From the NCBI GenBank assembly GCA_053919585.1, contig CM132804.1: 64,000 bases of DNA; one strand, 5' to 3'. Shown piece after piece: positions 38,960-50,513 of the stretch. The DNA is from Euprymna scolopes. Its lineage: Eukaryota. Position numbers and translations under genes: made by a program. Under the pieces are notes generated by a model. It was not told the DNA's origin. It searched no databases and saw only the letters and a list, made by a program, of their open reading frames with translations. How positions within the stretch are numbered: position 1 is the stretch's first letter; the number at the start of each line of letters is the position of its first letter.

Positions 38960-39367
38960 GAAAGGTCGTTTTTGTAAATGGAGAACAAGAACGAAAATAA
39001 AAATTGTCACAGTCGTGAAGAATTTATCCTCCACTAACTGAGAACAAAAAAATTGAAGCGTAGTGTCAGAACAGATACTACACTGTGATCTTGGCCCGAA
39101 GGCCAAGAAGTATTTATTTGCTTCCCCACTAAGCAAATTATGCACAAGGCCGTTTTTTAATGTGAAGAAAGAGGGAAGGGGGAGGGAAAAGGGTATCAGC
39201 TCCCGATGGGTGGGAAATGGGAGCTGGAGAGTGACAATTGGTATGAAGGGTTTCCCCTACATTGACCAAGGTCTTATATGTTGGGTTGTCCCCATATATG
39301 GTCTTTGCTAGCAGTATCTGCTGAACCAGATACTACACTTTGATCCTGGCCCGAAGGCCAAGAATAC
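38960..39367 (-). mobile_element. Two head-to-tail U2-headed SINE copies
   Basis: Heads ATACTTCTTGGCCTTCGGGCCAAGATCACAGTGTAGTATCTGTTCT (from 39113) and TTCTTGGCCTTCGGGCCAGGATCAAAGTGTAGTATCTGG (from about 39364). Confidence 0.85.
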
Positions 39368-39769
39368 CGACATATTTATAAGAAATGTGCAGATATTTAT
39401 AAGAAATATTAATAAAAGAAATATTTTTCAATGCTTTACCTATTTATTTAGGAATTACTTGCGATAAAACAATATATGTTTATAGAACCTTTTATGTTCG
39501 CGTAAATATCCACTCACAGAAACGTAGTCATTTTTCTTTGCGGTACAAGCTAAACAAATATGGCTACTTTGCTCATATTTGGTATTTATGCCGACTTAAA
39601 ATGCTTAAATCAAGTGAGACAGAGCAACTCGCTCATTTAAATTTGGCGCCTCCAAGGTATGGTTGCTACAAGTATGGTAGAGATGAACTTATTTGAGAGG
39701 GTGGAGCTTAAAGTTCGGTTCTTAGCGTGCGTTATTTTTTTTTTTTTTTTGTTTATTTTTCAGGAACCC

Positions 39770-40395
39770 CAGTGCGCATCATAGAATGGACGAAATTAGA
39801 ACGTGCTTACGAAGACACCTCATCTCCTTGAGGGGCGATCTGTATTGACCAGCACGGTCCCCTGATTTATCACTGTGCGACTATTGTTTTTATGGGGATA
39901 TCTAAGATCAATTGTTTACAACGATCGTCCAAGCACCTTGACTCACCTGAAAAACAACGTCCGTCCAGCTGTCACCAACATATCTATTGATATGCTGGAA
40001 CGAATTGACCGAAACTTCAGAGTTCGATTAACTCAGTGTATGTGTGTGTGTGTGCAGTCAGCACCAACACTATTCAGGGTTTAACCGGCTTCCTCCTTCG
40101 GAGGAAGTTTCATGGGATTATGAAATTCGCAAGCGGCCCCCAGTCGCATGTATATCCCCGTTAGGGGAGATGACGACGTTAGGTTTTTGCAACTTTTTGC
40201 AGGGAGGTGTCGACGTCCTCCTACATACAGCACCTGGACTTCCCAAATTGGTCACCCATTTTAGTAATGACCAGGGTGAACGTTGCTTAACTTCGGTGAG
40301 CTGACGGAAACCGGTGTGTCAACGTGATTATGCCGTGTTAACTCAGTGTATAGAGAAGAAAGGACGCCATCTTACTGATATCATCTTTAAAACTG
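39770..40395 (+). mobile_element. Tc1/mariner (DD41D-like) transposase C-terminal remnant
   Basis: PARSPDLSLCD..FLWGYLRSIVY..RVRLTQC, continuing after the SINE as IEKKGRHLTDIIFK. Confidence 0.8.
40042..40337 (-). mobile_element. 5S rRNA-derived SINE (SINE3-like) with (CA)n tail
   Basis: 5S-like head about 40337-40224. 14-bp TSD ttaactcagtgtat at 40028-40041 and 40338-40351. Confidence 0.9.
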
Positions 40396-40537
40396 GTAAA
40401 AAAAAAATTAAATGTTGTACTGAAGTTCTAAAGAATTACATGCATACCAGGCTTACTTGTATTTTAATTGATATTCCAAATAAGCTATGTGCTCGGCTCC
40501 GTCCTGTATCTTCTGTTTAATGTAAAATTATCATATA

Positions 40538-40795
40538 CTAGCGGGGCCAGTGGAAATTCCACAGGGGACTGATTCATATGTACTATATTGATGTTGGCAT
40601 AGTGTAGATATTCAATGTAAAGGGAGATGCTCTGATAATATTGTAGCTATGTTGGTAAAACTGCAAAAATATTTAGCCATGGCTAGGTCGTAAATTACGC
40701 TTAAATATGATATATTAATTCTTACAGATTTCGTATACGTTATAATAGAGTTAATGTTCTATCGATTTTTATATATTATAAAGTTGCGCTTTAAA

Positions 40796-40836
<41 letters not shown>

Positions 40837-40878
40837 CTTGGGTTCATCAGTTTGAATCGAAACCGAATCCTAAACTTA

Positions 40879-40932
<54 letters not shown>

Positions 40933-42046
40933 CTAGCAAAAGTACCCGTCGTTGACTGGGTTCAAAAACAGGCTACAGAAAATGGACTCTGATTTATGAA
41001 AGTATGATAGGTTATGAAAAGGAAGGGTTGTAAATTTGGGTTGGATTTGGGGGCATCAAAACCGAAGCAAAATATGATGAAAGTAAAAATAAAATATATA
41101 AACCCCATAATTTATTATACCATACCTGTTCACACTGAAACACTTATCACAATATTCTGTGGATCTATATTAAAAAACCTTGTTAAACTTTGTGACATAT
41201 TACATTCTATGGAGGTCACACGCGAACGAACACCCCATAATTTTATTATACCATATTTCTTCAAACTGAAACATAATTATCACAGTATACTTACGCAGAT
41301 AGATATGAAAAGTCTTTATTAAAGTTTGTGCCTATTCCCATTCTATGGAGGCCAGGCGCGAACGCAGACCCCACAATTTTATTATACCATCCCTATTTGA
41401 GTTAAAACATATTTATCAAAGTATTCTTATGTACATCTTTATCAAAAACACTTGTAAACGTTTTGTTTTTTTAATTTTAAATTTTTTATTTCCATACTTT
41501 GTGGACCAGGCGCGAAAGCAGACCCCACAATTTTAATGAACCACCGTTCTGCCAGATCAAACATACCCATTCCTGTGTCTCGATACATCTTCTATCATTA
41601 TATGTAATCAGTTTTTTCAAATAGTCAACCATATAGGAGCCTATTCGTGACCAGACACACACACACACACATTCAGCTTAATATTATAGATATAGATATA
41701 GATATATATGACTTTAGTTCGTTCGGCTATAATCGAAACCGAAACCGAATCCCAAACTTATGAAGAATTATTGATAAAATTATTCATCAAAAATAGATTA
41801 CTAATGTGCCATCAGCTAAAATTGAAACCGAAACCAAGTCTTATGAAGAATTCTTGATAAAATTATTTTAAAAAAATAGAATATTGGAGTGTTATTAGCT
41901 CTAATTGAAACCGAAACCAAGACTTATGAAGAATAAAAAAGATAAAATTATTTATTAACAGAAGAGGGAAGTTCATAACAATTAAACAACCAGGATATAA
42001 GCGTGACACAGAAAATAACACATGCGCTATCGTATTAATATTAAGA
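40538..42046 (-). mobile_element. Helitron family H1, with a nested Helitron
   Basis: CTAG at 40538-40541 with hairpin gtggaaattccac, 5' TC at 42046, internal repeats of about 70 bp. Confidence 0.8.
40933..41690 (-). mobile_element. Nested non-autonomous Helitron (different family)
   Basis: 5' TCTATAATATTAAGCTGAATGTGTG, hairpin acccgtcgttgactgggt, CTAG at 40933-40936. Sits in the host (TA)n tract. Confidence 0.75.
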
Positions 42047-42532
42047 TGAGTATGGGCACTAGTATATAGTTAAGTATTTATATACGCACGTCTTGCCAAT
42101 GCTGTATATATGAAAAGTATTGTTTGGAAAGAAATCAAGATACGCTTTTCAAAGTCTAAACACATTCCACCATTGCGTGCAGAATTCGACCTATTGTATT
42201 TCTCCTAATTATCTCACAGCCATTTCATTCGGCCTGCGTATTATGTTTTTCCTTTCCAGTACGTCCAATATGAAAATCTCCTTTCGAAACTTTGCAAGTA
42301 TTTTTGTTGTAGTTATTATGTCTCTTGTCGAATTGGAGGTGAAAACATTCTAAAAATACTGAAATGAAATGCAACCGAGTAAACATGTTTGTTCAGTTAA
42401 CGTAAACCCGACAGTAACCTATGGGTGCATTAGGTTGAAGGTTACGAAGAAGGTTGAAGGTAAGAAGAAAAAAAGAAGAAGAAAAAGAAAAGGGTGAAGA
42501 AAGAGAGGAAAAGAAGAAAAAACGAAGTAGAA

Positions 42533-42583
<51 letters not shown>

Positions 42584-44614
42584 AATAATAAGAAGAACAA
42601 GAACAACAAGAAAAATGAGAGGAAGAAGAAGAAGAAGATAAAAAGAAAAAGAAATAAAAAGGGAGGAAAGAAAGGAGATGAAAAAGAAGACAGCGTAGAA
42701 TAATAAAAAGAAGAAAAAGAAGAATGTTTAGAAAGAAAAAAGAAAAAGAAAAAGAAGAACGATCAGACAAAAAAGAAGAAAAAACGAGAAGAAAAAATAG
42801 AAAAAAGAAGAAAAAGGGAAGAAAGGGAGAAATGAGAAGAAAAANNNNNNNNNNNNNNNNNNNNNNNNNNNNNNNNNNNNNNNNNNNNNNNNNNNNNNNN
42901 NNNNNNNNNNNNNNNNNNNNNNNNNNNNNNNNNNNNNNNNNNNNNNNNNNNNNNNNNNNNNNNNNNNNNNNNNACCGGACACATGATTTGGAGTGCGTGA
43001 TTGATCTGATTGGTGTAGTCGAATACGATGGAATACACAATGTTTAAATTCTTTGGATGTAATTTACAATCAGTTTTGAATTATCGGTTGATAAAACTTG
43101 AACCCATTCGCGTTGACCTTTCCCAAATAGAGATAGTGATATGGGAACATTTGTGGATCAACTTCAAATAATGTCATAAAAATTGTACTAACGAGAACGG
43201 ACACAACATGAAAATGTCAAATGCGGATTCAATACGAAGACATTGGTATTTCAAACGTTGACAGTATGAATTTTGTGAATTCGTCATAAATATACATACA
43301 AAATTTGCTCATACGACCACATAAGTATAGCATATACCAGCAATGATGCGCCAAACTTTAAACTACACGCATGCGCAGACAAGATTCCGTACGATATAAA
43401 AAAAAGAGGGAATTCGCATTATGGTAGGACAGTTTTGAAATAGTACCAAACCTCAGTTTGAGAAAGGGTCGAATTATCATAATAAATGACAACACAAAAA
43501 ATGTTTTTCAAAGATTTCGTTGTTATTTGAATAATGAATTAATATATTATGTAAATGAATAATGAACGTTATGTTATTTGAATAATGAATTAATGTTATG
43601 TAAATGAATTTAAAGTGTAAAATGAACTAGGATTATGTTAAAACAATAGTGCTGCTGAACAATGTTAACCTGTAAAATTGGGGGCCAACATTAAAACATG
43701 TAAATATATGCAAGAGAATATTTTTTATGTGCAGAATGAATACTGTTTTCATAAAATCGCTTAACAGCTAAAGCAAAAAGAAATGCTATAAAATATTTAA
43801 TTTAAAATACAAATTAAAATTCAAGAATCGAGTCAAATTTGTATTAAGGGAGTTATTTCCCGTGGACTGTAATAAATTATCTCCCTTTAATATTGTTTAT
43901 ATCTAACAATGTTGAGAAATTGATTCCTTGTAACACATCATTAAATAATGCTAAACAAATTAGTTATATTATATTTTTTCAATTAAATTAACCATTTAAA
44001 TGTATAGATTCAATACTAACTTGTAATTTTATTTTATGTAAAAACTTATCCAGAGTTTACATTTTGACATAGCTCTGTATTTGTCACATAAAAAAAATTA
44101 CTTTGCGTCTTTCCTCGTTGGAACGTAACTAAGAAGCGTTTTAATAACTGCTGTAATTTGTTTGTAATTATAAATTATTGCAAATTTGTTCTCTCAGCAG
44201 ACTGTAGTCTCAGATGCAAACAAAAAAAGAAAAGAAATGGCTGCTGCTGGCGATCTTATTAGCTCATATGCAAATGAGCTATTTCCGGTTTAAATTTAAA
44301 AAAAGAGAGAGGTTTTTCAGAGACTGTTTATTATTAAGATGTAATTAAGATGTTGACGTAGCAAGTGTGTCGAGTTTTGGAGTGTTGGAGTTGCGAATTT
44401 TGACAATAGTATATCGAGTTTTGAAGTAGCATGTTTGGACACTAGTGTTGAATTAGGAGTCGTGAATTTTGAAAGCAATATGTCGAATTAAATCCCGGAA
44501 ATTGTTAATTAGAAATGCAGCATAGTTAACAATCTTTCATGGAAAGTGTAGAATAATTAAGACTTGATTATTTAACAACATTGTTTTTTTTTTGAGGGGG
44601 GGTTATTACATTTT

Positions 44615-45017
44615 CACCCCAAACAAGGCACATTGCCACTTTGGTGTAGGGGGCTACTATCAGGGGCAGCAACTGCTGGGGCACTGATTTGGGCAACTGC
44701 TGGGGCACTGATTTGGGCAACTGCTGGGGCACTGATTTGGGAAGTAAGATGTAGGTTCACGTTGCACTTGAACTTCTGCATGTCAATACAGTTAGGGAAG
44801 CAGAGACCTGGAATGAAATTCCAGAGTCTAGCGGTTCTAGGGAAGAAACTACTGGAGTAGAAAGATCTTTTACATCTAGGGATCTCTACTGTGTGGGGGT
44901 GGGATTTAGCTGCCTGTCGGGTTTGTCGAGGGTGTCTACGTCGTGAGGGCACAAGTGTTTGCAGTTCGTCAGAGCATTCACCATTAAAATACTTGTAGAA
45001 CAGGCAGAGGGATGCAA
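44615..45017 (-). mobile_element. CR1-group LINE family A, 3' end
   Basis: FYSSSFFPRTARLWN..DMQKFKCNVN, with a 24-bp unit triplicated at the ORF end. Confidence 0.85.
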
Positions 45018-45624
45018 TAAATATTCACAGGTTTTTTATATCAATTTATCCTGTTTCTGTTTGTATGCGAGTGATACAACATTTCAAATTTTTACTTTTA
45101 TTCAATCATTTAAAATGTTTTAATAAGCACTTGTTCATATTAGAGTGAGAAAGAAACCCTACTAAACTAAGGCCATTATTATTTTACTCAACGCAATATC
45201 TTTGATTTTCCTTGCATGAAAAATCAATCTTATCTATAAGTCTAATTTCCTGAGGTTGCAAATAGAGACTTAATTGCTTTAAAAAAAACAGTCTATTACA
45301 AATGTTCATTTAAAAAGTTATTGTCTTTCATTCTTTAAATTCAAAGTTCTGTACTCGGCCAGTAAAAGAGAGATCCTTCTAAATAAAAGCAACTTCTATT
45401 TTCTCCAACGCAATGTCTCGACATTTTTATCACATGAAAAACAAAACCATTCAGCTTAAGTTTAACCTCGTGGGGAGGAAAGTAAATAGACACTTAATTA
45501 CTTAAAAAGTGCTTTATTTAATGAATTAATTTACTTAATGGCTTAATTAATTAAATTTAATTTAAAAGTTATTGCTTTTCATACACAATGTTTTTTTTCA
45601 TGGGTTTATTCTATATATTTTAAT

Positions 45625-45904
45625 GGCTGGTTGCTTTTTGTTTTACGACATGTCAACCCTTTTCAGGTTATTTAATGCCAAATCTAGTGATTTTGAAGAA
45701 TTCTTTTTCAATAGAATATATTTGTTTTTTGTTTGTTTCAAGTCGGTTTCTATTTAACCCATAGTTGGGACCCTAACAGGTACTACCACTCTGGGTCAGA
45801 GAGGACCTAGGAGCAATGGCAATTAAAGGGTGGCTCCACACTCCCCAAAGCCCGCAAGCTGGGGCCTCACCATTGGATATAGTTTAAGGTTATATCCAGG
45901 ACCT
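45625..45904 (-). mobile_element. SINE-like repeat with (AACC)n tail
   Basis: Homologous to 7085-7343 and 62948-63224. Confidence 0.75.
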
Positions 45905-46998
45905 ATTTAAATTGAATCTCTTTATTATTAAAATTTACTTTATTTTAAAAAAGAAATTAATTCATTTTTATTTTAATTAGTTTTCTCCTATTGTGTCAAA
46001 ACTTACCGAGAGGAAATATTTTAAAGATCAGATAGCCAAAAAGGACTCACTGGTGCTTTCTTGCTTGGACCAATATATAAAACTGCAATGAAATTAAAAA
46101 GAGGACATAAAGATTGGAACGACCAAAAAAGATTATGTCCATTACCTAATGATGCGTTAACATCTCAGAACAAGGATACCGTTCTTTCCTACTCTAGCCG
46201 TAATAGTTATTCAACAGATGTCGCATATTTTGAGTCTTACAGTCTTATTAAAAATTCGACACCCGGTACTTGTACTGGGCTGGTCACTGAAGTGTGGTGT
46301 ATGCACAGATGCTGCACTCAAATTAATTGCCCTTAGTCAATGGAGGGGGAAACCCGTATATAGTAAGGCAATATTATTTTTGCAGAATGTCCCTTTTGAG
46401 GGGAGCTGGTTATCTCCCACAGTAAACCGACCTTGTATCACATTTTTTATCATGGGAAACAAATAAATAACCAGTCTTACTAAACTTTCTTGATATGCTA
46501 TTGAATTAATAAGAGGTGATGTTTCATCAAATTCAATCTTGCTAATGCTTTGCTCTTAGACGTGTAGGTGATAAGACTTTACAAATCTAATGTCTATACA
46601 AAGTATATAATCAAATATAGCAAAGTCAAGAATGCTAAAAAAATGCTTATAGGAGACATGATGAAACAATAGAAAACCTTTATTTTGGGGGTTGATGTAA
46701 GAAATGATGACGATACACTTTTGTATAAATAGTTTTGGAGACCAAATGTAGAGAAAATATTTCCTAAATACAAAAGAGATTGCAATGCTAACTAGGGGAA
46801 TGAAACACAATCACAGGGCCATCTCTAATTATAGTGCAACTAGTGATGTTTTTGAAGAGGAAGTTGCTGGTTTCTTAAAGTAATACAACAATGTATCTGT
46901 AATTAAGGTTATTTTAGTAGACAACACCAATACAGGTTGGATTTGATAACACTTTTTGAGAAGAAACATCTACAGACACAATTACACATCATTAGTTG

Positions 46999-47072
<74 letters not shown>

Positions 47073-47094
47073 ACTTCTATTTAGAGTTTTATTT

Positions 47095-47293
47095 GCGTCG
47101 CCACGAAAGCAAATCCGACACATGGTCGTTTTTAATGTGGGGAAAAAACCAGCTCCCCTAAAAGTAGGCAAAAAAAATAGTAATAATAATTCTCCCAGTA
47201 TAGAGGGGTTTCCCTCCATTGACCGGGACAAACTACCTTAAGTGCAGCATCTGCAGAACAGATATTACACTTTGATCCCGGCCCGAAGGCCAA
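47095..47293 (-). mobile_element. U2-headed SINE copy with TSD
   Basis: Head ttggccttcgggccgggatcaaagtgtaatatctgttct. Direct repeat agagttttattt at 47083-47094 and 47294-47305. Confidence 0.8.
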
Positions 47294-47344
47294 AGAGTTT
47301 TATTTTTTTAGGTTCAAGATGTTTTGAAACTTTCACTGTTGTCA

Positions 47345-47885
47345 CATCTGGGCAGGAGCTGCTAGAAATACTTATCCTGCCTTGATAGAGTTCAAAATAG
47401 ACTTCGTAGCCTCGTAGAAGACGTCCTTTTCTCTTCCATGCAACATCTTTCTCACAGAAGAGATGTTGAGAGTTTATCTTTGCTTTATCATTATTTTCAT
47501 GGCAAGTGCTCGACTGAGCTTCAATCTATGGTACGCAACTCCAAACTTTCACAATAAACACGCGTCTATCTGTAAACACTATCCCCCCACATTTTATCTG
47601 TGCCTAAACCTAAACGTAGATTCCATGAGCAAAGCTTCTTTCTTAGAACTGCACACCTGTGGAATTGTCTTCCGTTTTCCTGCTTTCCAGCCGACTACAA
47701 TATGTTTGTCTTCAAGTCCAATGTAAACATGTTTTTGATGAACTGTTCCATTTAAGTCAACAAATTTACCGAATTTCCATTACTAACCATTACTATATTG
47801 TCCAATTGACTACTGTGTGCTCTTAAACCCTTATCCTCGAGTGGCCTCTTGGCCTCGGTATGTGGTTATGCCTATGTAAAAAAAT
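47345..47885 (+). mobile_element. CR1-group LINE family B, 3' end
   Basis: HIWAGAAR..LDRVQNRLRSLV, family B 3' UTR, A tail. Confidence 0.85.
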
Positions 47886-48045
47886 ATTACCCCAACAAGC
47901 ATTTACATCAGTTGGTTGTCCTCTGAATGCCTGCTTTTATATTAAAGAAATAAGCGAACGTATACGTTAACAGAGACATCTACTTGAACATGTAATAGGC
48001 ATTACAAGAGAGAAAAGCAATTTCTGCATGGAAAACTGGCTCTAC

Positions 48046-49926
48046 AAATCAGACAATATGGTTAACTAATGCTATCAGACCAATATAGTTAACAATATAG
48101 TTAACTAATGCTATCAGACTAATATGGTTAACAATATGGTTAACTAATGCTATCATATTAATATGGTTAACAATAGGGTTAATGAGACTAATATGTTGAC
48201 CAATATGATTAACTAATGCTATCAGACTAATATTATGAACAATATGGTTAGCTACTGCTATCAGACTAATATAGTGAACGATATGGTTAACTTTTGCTAT
48301 CAGACTAAAATGGTTAACAATAATTTAAACTAATGCTATCAGACTAATACAGTTTGAAATATCATTAACAAATGCTATCAGACTAAAATCGTTAACAATA
48401 TGTTAAACTAATGCTATCAGATTAAAATGGTTTACAATATAGTTAACTAATGCGATCAGACTAAATGGTACACAATATGGTTAACTAATCCTATCAGAAT
48501 AATATGGTTAACAATATGGCTAGTAATGCTATCGGACTAATATGGTTAACAATATAGTTAACTAATGCTATCAGATTAATATGGTAAACAATATAGTTAA
48601 CTCATGCTATCAGAATAAATGGTTGACAATATTGTTAACTAATGCTATCAGACTAATATAATTAACAATATGGTTAATTAATGCTACCAGACTAATATTG
48701 TAAACTATATAGTTAACTCATGCTATCAGAAAATATGGTAAACAATATGGTAAACAAATGCGTTAAGACTAATATGGTTAACAATATGGTTAACAATATG
48801 GTTAACAATATGGTTAACAATATGGTTTACTGATGCTATCGGACTAATACGGTACACAATGTAGTTAGCTAATACTATCAGACTAATATATTTAACAATA
48901 TTCTTAACTACTGCTATTAGACAATAATAGTTTAATATGGTTAACTAATGCTATCAGACTAGTATGGTTTAATATATATTTTACTAATGCTATCAGACTA
49001 AAATGGTTTAAAATATGGCTAACTAATGATATCAGGCTAATATGGTTAACAATATGGTTAACTAATGCTATTAGGCTAATATGATTGGCAATATGCTTAA
49101 TTAATCCTGTCAGACTAAAATGGTTAACAATATAGTTTACTAATGCTATAAGACTAAAATGATTGACAATAGGATAAACTAAATCTATCAGACTAAAATG
49201 ATTGAAAATATAGTTAAGTAATGTTATTAGACTTATACGTTTTACAATTTAATTTACTAATTTTAACAGTCAAATAATGGTTTACGATATGGTTAACTAA
49301 TGCTATCAGACTAGTATTGTTAACTATATGATTTATGTTATCAAATTAACATGGTAAACAATATAGCTAACTAATGTTTCAGACTAATAGGGTTAACAAT
49401 ATCATTAACAAATGTTATCAGACTCACATGGTTTACAATATTGTTAACTAATGCTATCAGACTAATATGGTTAACAATATGGTTAACTAATGTTATCAGA
49501 CTCACATGGTTTACAATATTGTTAACTAATGCTATCAGACTAATATAGTAAACAATATAGTTTACTAATGCTACCAGATTAATATGGTAACAATATAGTT
49601 AACTAATGGTATCATAACAAAATTGTTGGCAATATTGTTAACTAATGCCATCACAGATTAATATGGTTTATAATATGTTTAACTAATGCTATCAGATTAA
49701 TATGGTTGAAAATATAGTTAACTAATGCTATTAGACAAAAATGGTTTACAATAGGTTAACTAATGCTTTCATATAAATATGGTTAACAATTTGGTTAACT
49801 AATGCTATCAGGCTAATATGATTGACACTATGGTTAACTAATCCTGTCAGACTAAAATGGTTGACAATAGGATAAATTAAATCTATCAGACTAAAACGAT
49901 TGAGAATATAGTTAACTAATGCTATT
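48046..49926. repeat. 39-bp satellite array (about 48 units)
   Basis: Consensus actaatgctatcagactaatatggttaacaatatggtta, diverged tandem copies. Confidence 0.95.
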
Positions 49927-50034
49927 CGTATCAGTGACCTGTGATACGTGTTGCATGTAGCGCCATCTTGTCGGAAAAAGAATTGCATTTTGCCTTGTAG
50001 TGTCAGTACGTCGATAAGAGAAAGATAAGCGATG

Positions 50035-50262
50035 TCGGACTACTTTTAAGTGGGCCGCTTAATCTGAAAAAAAAATAGAGATAGATTATAGAGATCGGGA
50101 TATTTTTGAGTGGGTCGCTTGATCTGAAAGAAAAATTGATTCGAGAAAAAGAAATATGGCTACTTTTTAGTGGGCCGCTTAATCAAAAAACATCGATTAT
50201 AGAAAGATTAGAAAATTGATTGGAAAAAGATTAGATAGATCAGGCTATTTTTAAGTGGGCCA
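50035..50262. repeat. Tandem repeat of about 60-95 bp (4 cores)
   Basis: Core tactttt.agtgggccgcttaatc. Confidence 0.75.
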
Positions 50263-50389
50263 CGCTGGGTTTAAGATAAAACGGGATGAGCTTTATAACC
50301 TGCAACTGTATATTTTAAATACGAACAATAGTGTTACGAAATAGTCACCGGAAATTAAACACATTACGTTACAAAATTTACAGTGTAAA

Positions 50390-50513
50390 TATCGAGCTTC
50401 AAACTGATAGCAATCTCATAAAAATCCGTCGCCTCTGTCGAAAGTTTCTGTGAGACATACATACATACATACATACATACATTTAAACAGATAGGTGAGA
50501 TTTATATTATAGA
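50390..50513 (-). mobile_element. Helitron family H2, 5' fragment
   Basis: Reverse complement tctataatataaatc..gtttaaatgtatgtatg matches the start at 58186. Confidence 0.7.

Noticed and set aside
39067-39113. Functional U2 snRNA gene
   Set aside because: Stem IIa is absent, copies are diverged and dispersed, and some have TSDs.
42393-43047. Long low-complexity ORFs
   Set aside because: They arise from (GTA)n and purine-rich simple sequence and span an N gap.
44660-44740. QISAPAVA repeat protein
   Set aside because: Local 24-bp slippage at the end of a dead LINE ORF, absent from the sister copies.
48046-49926. CRISPR-like periodic array
   Set aside because: The units are contiguous diverged tandem repeats with no unique spacers and no cas genes, in a eukaryotic context.
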